Shown here: one piece after another, positions 25,056 to 36,036 of the stretch
How positions within the stretch are numbered: the first letter of the stretch is position 1
Layout of the letters: each line of letters begins with the position of its first letter
Assembly (NCBI RefSeq): GCF_947507565.1
Contig: NC_089179.1
Location: 990,681 to 1,054,680 of the forward strand
DNA length: 64,000 nt
Direction: 5' to 3'
From: Oscarella lobularis
Lineage: Eukaryota
Made by a program: the position numbers and the translations under genes
Notes under the pieces: model-generated
What the model was told of the DNA's origin: nothing
What the model saw: only the letters and a program-made list of their open reading frames with translations
Database searches by the model: none

Positions 25056-26130
25056 ATGGACATCGAGAAAGATCACCCAGGCATCGTCGGTCGCAACGGA
25101 ATACATTGCTCATCGGAATCGGACGAAGGTAGGAAAGATCTCGGTCCCGGTCTCCGTTCTTTTTACCCCTTTTCCGACGCAGACACGGAGGAGGCGAGTG
25201 AAACCGACGTAGGAAGGGGTGACGGTGAGAGGTGCGTCTTGTCAAAGTGGCGGGGAGAAATGTCCATTCACTCCGCTGCTCCTACGTGCCATTAGACCTC
25301 GATCGGAAAGCGTCCAGTCGTACAGAGACCAGCTGAGAAAACTCGACGAAGGAACGAACGTCGAATATCTGAAAAAAGTGGAGAAATTGCGAGAATCGAA
25401 ACTCGTGATGCTAGCGAGCGCAGGTGACGTCAGAAATCGAATAGTGACGTTGCGTAGTTAATTTAATTAACGATTTCTGTTATTCGACTCAGAGGCCTTT
25501 AGGGACTACGAGGTAAAGCCCGTAAACGTGCCTAAATAACCAATAGTTATTCTCTGTAGATAGGTGTCGTCGAGCACGAGTACCTTCATGAGAAGTCAGC
25601 TGTCAAAAGAGAATATGAGGTTTGGCTTTGTGTTTGGAAGATTCTTGCTATCCTCTCGCTGCAGATCAAGAAAGTTGAAATGAAGGACAATTTGATTCAC
25701 GACTTGTTAGAAGAGAAGAAAAAGGTGGAGACTGAACGCCAGACAATAGAACTCACTGGAGGTGGACCACCGTGATCGCGTTGCTACTGTTTTTTGTTGA
25801 ACGCATCCGCGCAGACTCGATGGACGTGAAGCCCGTTGTGACACGAAAATTGCGCCGACGGCCCAATGATCCCTTACCAGTGCAAGACAAGAGACCAAAG
25901 AAATCAGCTGATATCCGTCATTCCTTTGCAGCTTGAAAGCGAATTAACGAGTGCTAAGCCCTTTCTTTCCTTGACAGTATCTCTAGAGATTGGACAGCTG
26001 CTTGATGAGGAAGACATCCTAGATGATCTGAAAGCAATATACAAAGTAAACGAAATGATAAACATTCATACAGGAGTCCCTTCATTTATTCAAAAAAGAG
26101 GGACTCTGTATTATATAACATTTAATTAAT
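25056..26130 (+). CDS. Sin3-HDAC corepressor subunit SDS3/BRMS1-like coiled-coil protein. Gene ends are approximate.
   Basis: [35 protein letters not shown] and [33 protein letters not shown] match SUDS3/BRMS1L ([30 protein letters not shown]). Confidence 0.45.
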
Positions 26131-26971
26131 GCAGGGAAAAACTTTTCCACAAAAACGACCTCTCCCAGTCATCTCAGCTGCAACCACGTTGCTGTCAAGT
26201 GAAAACTATATCTCAAAATGTTTAAAAATTGTCTTAGCTTGACTGTGTGAAGGTGACGTTCTATCCGATAATCCAGTTTTTGAAGCGCGCATCGATGAGA
26301 ACAAACTCATTTACGAACGCAAAGTGTATGATTACACGCACACGTTAATTAACGCATTTCTTATGCGCCAATCACTTTGCAGTTATCAACGAGGGCAACA
26401 GATCGTTTTAGAATCAGATATGACGGGGAAAATCAAGTACGTCGTCGCTTAACTGTACAAACATTGTCATTGTCTCTGTCGTTCTTTAGCTGTATTGTTC
26501 ATTCAGTTGGACAGACAGAGGTAATTTCTTTTCAATTGCCCATTCAATGGACTTAATTTTAGCGGGCGTTTTTCTCAAGATAATTGTTAAGAAAAACATG
26601 GATCAAATGAAACTAAGGATATTTCTATCGCAGTTGCGTGCCGGGAAATATGTTATCAGAAAACGATCGAACTAGACGTATATAGTAGCTGTAATTCTAA
26701 TAGATAGACAGTCTCGTGGTCGTGATAATTATCTCACCAACAAAGACTCGCTCTTCTCCCGATTGGTCTTTAAAATAGAATAAGTTCTTGTTGACTCCAC
26801 GGCACGTTGTGACAACCATGCAATCTAAAAATGCGTACCTAATCTACAAGGAAAGGAAACACGTCAGCTCGGTACGTATAGTATTATTGCAGTTGACCTT
26901 CATAGTTTTTCATCAAAGAGAGCGGTTTCGTATACAATATAGAAATAGAAAAAAATACAAAGCCAATAGCA

Positions 26972-29900
26972 TTAATGCTCAACGCCATTTTTGACGCTCT
27001 CGTCATGGTAACCTCCCAGTTTGTCATAGCAGACTTTGCAGACTCTAACCGGTTCATAAAGCTGTTCGGAAGGAACTGGGTGATAATGGTCCGAACAATA
27101 GTGGCAGAACAACTTTCCGCACGACCTATGAAAGAGAAAATTAAAATTCGTAGCGTTTAATCCGTTTTTTTTTCGCTCTTTGACCTGCAATGATGACGTC
27201 GTTTTGCAAGCCAAAAGTAAGCATGGCAACCCGAACATCGAGTCTGCGCATGGTCCGGCACCCAACGCGTCGGCGTTGCTTCGTCTTTATCAACGGCTTC
27301 CCAAGGGGAACTATCAATTGGCGATGATTCACTTTCAGTACTCTAGATATGCGAGTATTTTTAACATAGCGCCGGCGGTGCACCGGGTCAATTTTACCCC
27401 ACTGTCTTGATCATCGTAAGCGCGTGAGTAACCTCCATTCACCCCATTCACTTCACGTTGCAGACGTTCGATTTCACGTCGTAAACGTCCGTTTTCACGT
27501 TCTAAATTCTTGCTCTTAGAGAAGAAAATCGAGACCAGAGGATCGACGACGCGCACGAGCCCGTCATAATCACAATGGTGCAAAAGGGAACCATTGGGTG
27601 TCGTTGATAGCGATTCGCCAAAGCTATGCAGTGCAGGATTATATGGCGGCGCCGTGGGAGCGACAGCCGGTTCCTCAAGGACGCTAGGAGCGCGTACGGC
27701 ATTTCTATAGCCGCCAATCCACTTTACAACGGAAACAACGCTCCCTATGCTCGCTGTGAGCTGCGGAGCGGACGGCGCGACCGCTGAAGGATTTGGGAAT
27801 TTGGGCTTTGATTCGTCTCGCGCACTATGCGTCATCATCATGTCCGTTTCGCTTTTGCTTCGCACCAGTTGACCAACATTTCTGTCGCCAAGTGACGAAG
27901 ACTCGAATTGACTTACAGTTTTAGCTGGTCGGCAATTAAATCCGCAGTACGTGTTTCGGTAGAAGTCAATCCAAAGGCGTAGTCTACCAACGCAAGGATC
28001 AACTAAAATCGCCTACAAGAGAAAATACAATTAACAGACTCATAGCAATGTGTTGGACTAGCACTTGCCGAATCGTTTCGCATATAGAAAGGATTGTAAA
28101 ATTGTTTTTTAGCAAGAAACGTCCAAATACTGGAAAGAGGCTGAGTGCTCTCGCGTTTTCTTTCTCGATCGTTGTCCCAGAGGAACTCCCCAAACAGACA
28201 AGAGTACACATGCAAACCGAGTTTGACCTGAACAAGTTGAAAGGAGACCTTGAATTTCTTGATTATTCCTTACCAGAAGAGCTTCGCTGAATTCAAAGTC
28301 GGACGGATACTGGAGCATGAGCTGATGCACGCAATCTAGCCACTGGAGAAAGACGGGTGATATCTGACTGGGATTCTCTGTCCCGATTCTGTGTCCGCAT
28401 CGCGTTCCAAAGCGATGTCCATAGGCTAGCCACTCTTTTTGAATCAAAATTTGAAAACCCTATGTAAATACGTTTTTACACGAACTGTACTGTACGCATT
28501 TGAGCTTTCCTTTCGCGTTCGGTAAAAGGGATCGAGCATCAGTTGAGCTAGCGATGTGATCTGCGGCGTGCGGTCCCATCCGTCACTGCAGTGAACCAAG
28601 ACCGGTCGACCGTTTTGGAGAACGTTTGCCACCTGACAGGCCGACTCCAGCAACAAAGACAAGTAGTTCATCCAAAGCGTCGATTCCAGGGCAGAAAGAA
28701 AACTGGAGAAGGGAAAATAAACGTTTGAGAGATATACGTTCACGGAACGGTGGGAGATAGGACTGCGTGTACGCTACTACATGTATGTCGCCTCTATACC
28801 TCGCATTGTCAACTGACGAATTCAAAAGACCGCACACGGCTTTGAAACTCTTTCTCACGGAATGAATATTCGGCAAGTTCATGAATTGAATTTCGCAATT
28901 GGTGTAATACTCTAGAAAGACCGATTACCAATCAAAAAAACGAAACCTTTCTCTTCAAAAACCTTTCGACTCGCACCCTCCTCCCTTGGCTCGATTCGCC
29001 AACGCTGCCGGATACGATCGCGCGTCAACGACCAATAACTGCTGCCGCGACAATTCTCCGGTAGCGTTCCCAGACCCTTTCTCTTTGAACAAGCGTCGCC
29101 TGTCTCGCGTGCAAGCCTCCAACAGAGCCAACATAAAATGCTCGTCGGTGGAATTGCGCCATCCAAGCAAGCCGACGAGAGGTTGACTGGACCGGGCAAG
29201 TACAGCCCCATTGTGTTTATTCCTAAAAATATATGAATACACGACGTGGCAATTAGTTAAATAGCCGTCTTCGTACCTCCAAACGACACTTGGAAATCTC
29301 TCTGATGATCGAAACGTCGCTATTTTTGCTACGTCACCGTCCCCAATGCCGGCTGGAAGAATGACTATTTCAGGATAGCTCTTACAGATACTAGTTAGAC
29401 AGAGACGTTTTCTCGTTCATTCAGCGCGATAGTTGCTACCCCGCGTTACCTATAATTCCGATTGACATTTGATCGAGCCCACACTTTCGATCTCGCAAAA
29501 TCCATTCGATCAAATTCAAGAATCATAACGGGATCTACGGTAATCCTAATTCTTTGCACATATACTCGCATTTTGGGTATATACCTTCCACGTCTTCATT
29601 CACAATGTGCGGGCTTTGCAGTGACATTGCGTCATGTTCAAAAGCAGCGTGCCTGAATGCAAAGAGACCCTTTGGATCGTTCGGCAATTTCAGTTTGCAG
29701 TTGAAACGATGAAGCCACCTATCAGCCGCCTCTCTGCTATCAAAACGAATACTGCAAAAAAAAATAAACAAGAAGTACACGCTCTCAATCTTTCACAAGA
29801 ACAGAGAAAAAAGACCTACGTCACACCAGTGGCATGTTTACATGACAGCAGGAGACTATAAGGATCAACGGAAGCAACGGCCTCAATTAAACCCAAAGGA

Positions 29901-30323
29901 AGCTAAGAGGAAACAGTCTTTATTATTTAATTAATTAATTAATTAAAACGTCATGACTGAGTACAGTAATCACATGATCAACATTTCACCTCCTCGCCAC
30001 CCCGCCCTGTTCCCTCCCACTTCCCAATCCCAACTCACATTGACGACGATTTCCGAGCGGAACAGCAAGAGGACTCGGTAATTCGTAATAGCTAACGTGC
30101 CGTTTTTGCTTCGACCTATCAACTCCCACGCTTCGCCGTCGATCAAGCGAAAGAAGTCGACGCTAATCGATTCGTCGTCTAAGAAGCGAGAGATCGCGGC
30201 TCGGCAGCCGGAAATCCAAGCGAATTCCTCACCCTTGACGACTTCCTTTGCCGGAAACGCTTCGCTGCGGCGAATCACGTCTACAGCGGCGTCGACGGAC
30301 AGCGAAGGGCAATTTCTTTCCAT
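26972..30323 (-). CDS. MTMR: Myotubularin-related lipid phosphatase of the MTMR3/4 type: PH-GRAM domain, active-site phosphatase domain, coiled coil and C-terminal FYVE zinc finger. Multi-exon.
   Basis: N-terminal PH-GRAM exon ([11 protein letters not shown]...[11 protein letters not shown]). Catalytic CX5R loop [33 protein letters not shown], then [14 protein letters not shown]. Coiled coil [23 protein letters not shown] core [13 protein letters not shown]...[10 protein letters not shown]. Confidence 0.8.
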
Positions 30324-30480
30324 GGCAAAACGGGAAATAGTCCTCGCGCACGCGTCGATATGAAAACTTACGTCATTTGTGACCTAAGCTAGAGCGCGTT
30401 AACCCACGTTCATCATGGTGGTCAGTAAACGCCTCGTTTTCGAGACGAACGAAGCATTCAGTTCCTTGTTTTTGATCTAG

Positions 30481-31329
30481 TTGGTATTAGTAATTGGAGA
30501 TCTTCACATTCCTCACCGATCGAACAGCCTACCGCCAAAATTCAAGAAATTACTCGTAAAGAATTTCCCTTCCACTCGCCCATCCTTAGCAAATTGCCTC
30601 GTTCTGTCGAAAGGTACCGGGAAAGATCCAACACATCCTGTGCACGGGCAATCTGTGCACGAAGGAGTCGTTCGACTATCTCAAAACGCTAGCAAGCGAC
30701 GTTCACATAGTGCGAGGCGATTTCGACGAGGTAAGCACGCGAAAGGCGCGACGAACGTCGTCTTTTTAACCGTCGATGCGCAGAACACCTCGTGGCCCGA
30801 ACAAAAAGTCGTTACGGTCGGACAATTTCGCATCGGATTGTGCCACGGTCATCAGATCGTTCCGTGGGGAGACGTCGAAAGTTTGGGATTGGTGAGAACA
30901 GCGATCGTCTCAAAAATCAATGAGAATTATAACGGGGGGCGTGGTCTTTCTAGGTACAGCGACAACTTGACGTGGATATATTGATTTACGGTCACACTCA
31001 CAAGGTTTCGATTTGCTCTTGATTGATTGATTGATTGATTGATTTCTCGCTGAGCTGATTCGCTCTTTTGCAGTTTGAAGCTTTCGACCGAGAGGGAAAG
31101 TTCTACATCAATCCCGGAAGTGCAACAGGAGCCTACAATGCACTGCAAAGGTGGCTACTACGTGGAAATCATTTTCTGGTTCTGGTGTAGTGGCTCCTTC
31201 TTCTCTAGTTCTCTCGTACCGTCTTTCGTCTTGATGGACATCCAATCGGCGTCAGTTGTCACGTATGTGTATCAGTTGCAGGGAGACGACGTCAAAGTAG
31301 AAAGAATAGAGTTCAAGAAGACGGTTTAG
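30481..31329 (+). CDS. VPS29: Retromer subunit VPS29 (metallophosphoesterase fold), about 4 exons.
   Basis: [64 protein letters not shown]...[25 protein letters not shown]...[41 protein letters not shown]...[33 protein letters not shown] is near-identical to VPS29. Confidence 0.9.
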
Positions 31330-31503
31330 AAGAAAAGGAACAACGCTTTGTATTGACGCACCTTTTTCTCTTTTCCTGTGTTGTTATTTTGTTCACGTGT
31401 GACGTAAAAATTTACCCCCCCTTCGCTGATTTGTTTCACATTGCACCCCTGCAAGAAACACGCCACAAGTGATGTACACTCCCACGCAAACACGTTTGAT
31501 CAT

Positions 31504-32418
31504 TCAGCTCATATAGTATTGTGTCCATTTAGAACACTTTTTAAATTTTTCTACTATGTACTCCATACCTTTATCCACAATCGTCATATTCAAAACCTCG
31601 GGCGTATCCTTACCCCAGTTCTGCAGTCGAGCGCCCCAATAGTGATTGAGCCTCAGCTCCGCATCAGGCGCATCCATGCTCCTTCCTTTCAACGGATGGT
31701 TGTGATGAACTTGAGCTCGTACATTTGCAGTCCTATAGATCGGCTTAACCAGTTGATTCGACCGTTTTGGCGTGCGTCGCCACAGTCGATCAATCAACAA
31801 TTCGCGCTCCCACAACGGCCAGCCCAAAAACAAATAATTCTGCATGCAAATCTCCGACACTTGCTCGGCGTCAAACTTGCGCACATACCGCGACAAGAAT
31901 CCTGGATCTCGATCGACAGGCGAAAACGGATACTCGTCAATATCTATAGCAACCTGCCACTCGGTCTCTGTCTTGTAATGATCGATGCAGTGTTGATAAG
32001 CGGCAACTTGAGTGCCTTGAATCGTATAGGGATTGTGCTCGTGCCAATCAACGTACGTCACAAAACCGTTGTCAATGAACTTGCTCACGTTCGCTCGTTG
32101 CGATTCGTTCGCGTACAAATAGGCATCGTACAGGTACACGTGCTCAATGCCCATGTAGCGTTGATAGACAAGCCATTGACGTAGTTCGCGTGACGTCAAC
32201 TTCGCCTTGTCTCCTATAACATGCGAAGGAGAATGACCGAGGTCAAAAAGTACGGCGGGCGAGCTGACGCATATGGGAATGTCCACGCTTCGCACGCGGC
32301 GCGATCGGATTCCACCCATTGAGTCGGAGAAGGCGAAGGGTCGCCTCTTGTTTCGCGGCGCGTTAGCGGAGCCACGGATAGTAGTATCCGTGGCGGAGCT
32401 GAGCCTCCGTTTTTCCAA
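31504..32418 (-). CDS. Type-II membrane glycosyltransferase of the GT92 (DUF23) family, copy A.
   Basis: An N-terminal signal anchor is followed by ...YLYDAYLYANE...GTQVAAYQHCIDHYKTETEWQVAIDIDEYPFSPVD, which matches the GT92 signature (YNxCL...WVAFxDxDEFxxP). 304-aa ORF. Confidence 0.55.
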   Translation of the reverse strand: MEKRRLSSATDTTIRGSANAPRNKRRPFAFSDSMGGIRSRRVRSVDIPICVSSPAVLFDLGHSPSHVIGDKAKLTSRELRQWLVYQRYMGIEHVYLYDAYLYANESQRANVSKFIDNGFVTYVDWHEHNPYTIQGTQVAAYQHCIDHYKTETEWQVAIDIDEYPFSPVDRDPGFLSRYVRKFDAEQVSEICMQNYLFLGWPLWERELLIDRLWRRTPKRSNQLVKPIYRTANVRAQVHHNHPLKGRSMDAPDAELRLNHYWGARLQNWGKDTPEVLNMTIVDKGMEYIVEKFKKCSKWTQYYMS

Positions 32419-32892
32419 AGAAGAAACGCCGCAAAAGCGAAAGCGACGAGTACAAAAATTTTAGTGCCGCGGAGCCTCATCTCGGAAGAATCACGGCACA
32501 ACGGGAACCGGACATTAATTAAACGAGGTATTTACGACCCGTATGAGACGTAGTTTGAGACCGACTGAGACCGACTGAGACGGAAAGACTTATTGAGACG
32601 TGGTGTGAGACTAATCGAGACTCATTGACACGTAGTCCGAGAGTAATCGAGACGGAATTTGAGTTGTGATTTCGTCACATCTAGTAGTACGTACATGCCG
32701 CTCACCTACTCACCCACGCCCCGACGCGTTCATATGGGGATGCATGGCGTTTGCTGGCGTAGGCTCGCTCAGGCCTGCAAGAAACACGCCACAAGTGATG
32801 TACAGTCCCATGCAAACACGTTCGAGGCCCATTATTATAGACAAATAGACAGGATTCCAAGAAAATAATTGCAGCTCATATCAAAAAAATGT

Positions 32893-33879
32893 TCAGCTCA
32901 TATAGTATTGTGTCCATTTAGCACACTTTTTAAATTTTTGTACTATGTACTCCATACCTTTATCCACAATCGTCATATTCAAAACCTCGGGCGTATCCTT
33001 ACCCCAGTTCTGCAGTCGAGCGCCCCAATAGTGATTGAGCCTCAGCTCCGCATCAGGCGCATCCATGCTTCTTCCTTTCAACGCATAATTGTGATGAACT
33101 TGAGCTTGTACATTCGCAGTCCTATAGATCGGCTTAACCAGTTGATTCGACCGTTTTGGCGTGCGTCGCCACAGTCGATCAATCAACAATTCGCGCTCCC
33201 ACAACGGCCAGCCCAAAAACAAATAATTCTGCATGCAAATCTCCGACACTTTCTCGTGCTCGACGTCAAACTTGCGCACATACCGCGACAAGAATCCTGG
33301 ATCTCGATCGACAGGCGAAAACGGATACTCGTCAATATCTATAGCAACCTGCCACTCGGTCTCTGTCTTGTAATGATCGATGCAGTGTTGATAAGCGGCA
33401 ACTTGAGTGCCTTGAATCGTATAGGGATTGTGCTCGTGCCAATCAACGTACGTCACAAAACCGTTGTCAATGAACTTGCTCACGTTCGCTCGCTGCGATT
33501 CGTTCGCGTACAAATAGGCATCGTACAGGTACACGTGCTCAATGCCCATGTAGCGTTGATAGAAAAGCCATTGTCGTAGTTCGCGTGACGTCAATTTCGC
33601 CTTGCTTCTTTTATGTATGCGAAGGAGGATGACCGAGGTCAAAAAGTACGGCGGGCGAGCTGATGCATATGGGAATGTCCACGCTTCGCACGCGGCGCGA
33701 TCGGATTCCGCCCATTGAGTCGGAGAAGGCGAAGGGTCGCCTCTTTTTTCGCGGCGCGTTAGCGGAGCTGAGCCTCCGTTTTTCCAAAGGAGAAACGCCG
33801 CAAAAGCGAAAGCGACGAGCGCAAAGAGGAATCGATTCCAGCTACTTGTAGTGCCGCGGAGCTTCATCATTGCAAACAA
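32893..33879 (-). CDS. GT92 (DUF23) family glycosyltransferase, copy B. Tandem near-identical paralog of copy A with an intact signal anchor.
   Basis: 328-aa ORF that is over 90% identical to copy A across the catalytic region. Same strand. The duplicated unit is about 1.37 kb, including flanks (31441-32760 and 32760-33890). Confidence 0.55.
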   Translation of the reverse strand: MFAMMKLRGTTSSWNRFLFALVAFAFAAFLLWKNGGSAPLTRREKRGDPSPSPTQWAESDRAACEAWTFPYASARPPYFLTSVILLRIHKRSKAKLTSRELRQWLFYQRYMGIEHVYLYDAYLYANESQRANVSKFIDNGFVTYVDWHEHNPYTIQGTQVAAYQHCIDHYKTETEWQVAIDIDEYPFSPVDRDPGFLSRYVRKFDVEHEKVSEICMQNYLFLGWPLWERELLIDRLWRRTPKRSNQLVKPIYRTANVQAQVHHNYALKGRSMDAPDAELRLNHYWGARLQNWGKDTPEVLNMTIVDKGMEYIVQKFKKCAKWTQYYMS

Positions 33880-33897
33880 CGGAAACTCCGCCCAGTT

Positions 33898-34453
33898 GTG
33901 AGTCGTGAGACGGGACCCTGGATCACGAGCACACCAACGGCACCAACGACGATGGGCCGATCGAAGCGCTCAAAAAGAACCAACGAGGTGAAGGCAGCTG
34001 AAGAAAGCTCGTCAGAATGCAAGAAGGAAAGACGAGACTCCGAGAGTGAGTCACTCTCGAAGCCGATCACCTTCAGAATAGAGCACTGGTAAAGAAACTT
34101 TCTGCTGCAATGAAACGAACTCAGGAATGCAATTTTAGTGTAAGCTGAAGTAGATTCAAAAGAGAAGCCAAGAAATTGGCTTCTGAGTTGGAGGAAGCGT
34201 TTCCAGAATGTTCAATTGAAATCAATCCGGACAAACCGCGCCGAGGTTCCTTCGAGTGCTCTTTGGTTAAGGAAGACGGAGAAGGTAATGCACTAAGTAC
34301 GAGACGTAGAGCAACGAATATTTTGTGCTTATAATAATAGTTGAATTGATTTGGTCTGGGCACAAGAAGGGGCCACCACGAAAGTTGAAATTTCCTGAGG
34401 ATGGAGTTGTTGCGGATGAGGCGAGAAATTTCTTGAAAACGGATAAGAATTAG
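33898..34453 (+). CDS. SELENOH: Selenoprotein H (Rdx/SelW-fold), 3 exons, with an in-frame UGA selenocysteine codon at 34146-34148 inside a CVSU motif.
   Basis: Exon 1 is basic: ...KPITFRIEHC (donor CACTG|GTAAAG). Exon 2 starts CVS-TGA-SRFKREAKKLASELEEAFPECSIEINPDKPRRGSFECSLVKEDGEG. Exon 3 reads VELIWSGHKKGPPRKLKFPEDGVVADEARNFLK. Compare human SELENOH: VIEHCTSURVYG...VNPSKPRRGSFEVTLLRSDNSRVELWTGIKKGPPRKLKFPEP. Confidence 0.75.
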
Positions 34454-34489
34454 AAGTAAGAGTAGCTAGAACTTTGTTGTTGCATGTTT

Positions 34490-34550
34490 CGTGCCTACCG
34501 TGATGATGGCAAATTGACTAAAGCTTAGACGTCAAATGCTTGACTGTGTG
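34490..34550 (+). ncRNA. Candidate SECIS element in the SELENOH 3'UTR (cgtgATGAtggcaaattgactAAAgcttagacgtcaaatgcttGActg).
   Basis: An ATGA quartet, an unpaired AAA about 13 nt downstream, and a 3' GA capable of forming the non-Watson-Crick core. It sits 40-100 nt after the stop and before an AATAAA at about 34556. The stem pairing is only partly convincing by eye. Confidence 0.35.
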
Positions 34551-34635
34551 TAGCACGAATAAAGAAAATTCTTCTTACGCCTTTGACAATAGTATCCATG
34601 CTTTGAAGCGCCAATTGAGCATCCGGGATCGCGAG

Positions 34636-35206
34636 ATGGCTCGTACTTTCCAGACAAAGAAAAAGCCGAAGAATCAGAAGAAGGATCGCCGCCCGAAGCC
34701 TAGCGGTCCTTACAGAGGAAACACATTTAGAATTGAAAAGGCCAAGGGGTACGTACAGTGTAGAAATGGAGCGTTTTTAGAACTATGCGAACCGAGATCA
34801 TAGATCTAAGGAAGACGAGGTGCAGAGACTGATGACGGGGCTAAAGACGTCTTTTCCGGGATGCAAAATTGACCTCCGAAGGCATCCGCGTGAAGGAGCG
34901 TTCCTTTGCACTCTCGTCCGAAAAGATCAAGATGGTAGCGTTGTTTGTGGTCGATTAACTGCATGAATGGTCGATCTTCCGAACAGATGTCTTACTTTGG
35001 ACTGGCAGTGATAAAGAAAGCAAATACCCCGGAGAAGGCGAGGTTGAGGCCGAGGCTCAACGACACGTAGAAAAGATTGAGGAAGATAAAGAGGAGAAGG
35101 ATGATAAAGAGGCTGATAAAGAGGCTGATAAAGAAGTTGATAAAGAGAAAGGCGTCGATAAAGAAGCTGATGAAGAAACTGATGCCAAAGGTAAGGATGA
35201 ATAATA
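34636..35206 (+). CDS. SelH-like tandem paralog with no obvious Sec/CxxU codon and an acidic lysine/aspartate-rich C-terminal tail.
   Basis: MARTFQTKKKPKNQKKDRRPKPSGPYRGNTFRIEKAKG parallels the SELENOH N-terminal exon. EDEVQRLMTGLKTSFPGCKIDLRRHPREGAFLCTLVRKDQDGS parallels exon 2. DVLLWTGSDKESKYPGEGE... parallels exon 3. Confidence 0.45.
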
Positions 35207-35227
35207 GAGAAATGGGCTATTTGATCT

Positions 35228-35750
35228 GACTTGCTTGCATATTGTGTGTTCTGAGTAAAATGAGTTTGTGTTGACTGGAACAGATAGTTATAGCTAATTC
35301 TAATCCAAAATGAAAATACTCAAGTATACTTACTGAAAACGTCGGTTTATGTGATTGCGTCATATGGTACCAAAAGATCCATATTGTAGCCTGAGGCGCT
35401 TGGCTCGTCATACGCGGAGAAGCAGATGGATGGAAGCTGATTTTTCATCAGGTCAGACGTCAGGGCAAAGTCAAAAACGTTAATCGTTCCTCGTACTCTA
35501 CGAGAAAGAACATAAATTCAAATAAAGATACTCATACTGAGACGTACGAAGATTTTAGAATGACATCCTCGTCGCTTTCATACCACGTCCAATCTTTGCC
35601 AGCTGGAACATTACCAACAATCAGTTTAGTATCAAAAAAGGAGCACAGCTCAACGGGATGCCTAAATAAAACACGAGACGAGATACAGTAGCTGCCGAGC
35701 AACAAAAGACGGGAAACTAACCTACTACTTGTTTCCCATAATAAAACTTC
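35228..35750. repeat. Dispersed segment, copy 1 of a roughly 0.5-kb direct duplication. It is re-found at 63231-63735 and carries the phosphatase 3' exon.
   Basis: 35235-35750 and 63238-63727 are near-identical by direct reading, including the ORF ...HPVELCSFFDTKLIVGNVPAGKDWTWYESDEDVILKSSYVS on the minus strand. Confidence 0.85.
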
Positions 35751-36036
35751 CTCATTAAAAGGATCCGACCAGAGCAGATCGCAGAACAAGCCGGTAAGAG
35801 GAGGCTCCCGAAATCGATCCAGCGCTCGAATATCGTCAACAGAATGCAAATGAGGACCTACAAGAAAAAATAATAAATAGACATAGTAGGAATTCTAATA
35901 CGTGCACTCACTTATTCCACCATGCAAACAGAGCCATTTCCCAATAGGTGACGTAGCGAGACAAGCAATAGGTAGACAATCAAAACACGCCATAAAACGC
36001 TCATACAAGACACTCCTCCCGAAAATTTTGCTCCTC
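35532..36036 (-). pseudogene. Middle and C-terminal exons of a PPP-family Ser/Thr protein phosphatase (PPEF-like, calcineurin-like fold). It is truncated at its 5' side by the satellite array.
   Basis: ...SKIFGRSVLYERFMACFDCLPIACLATSPIGKWLCLHGGIS matches the PPP motif FxDCFxxLP...HGG, and DIRALDRFREPPLTGLFCDLLWSDP matches the PPP (L/V)DLLWSDP motif. Reading 5'-ward, the exon runs straight into satellite sequence at 36037. Confidence 0.6.
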
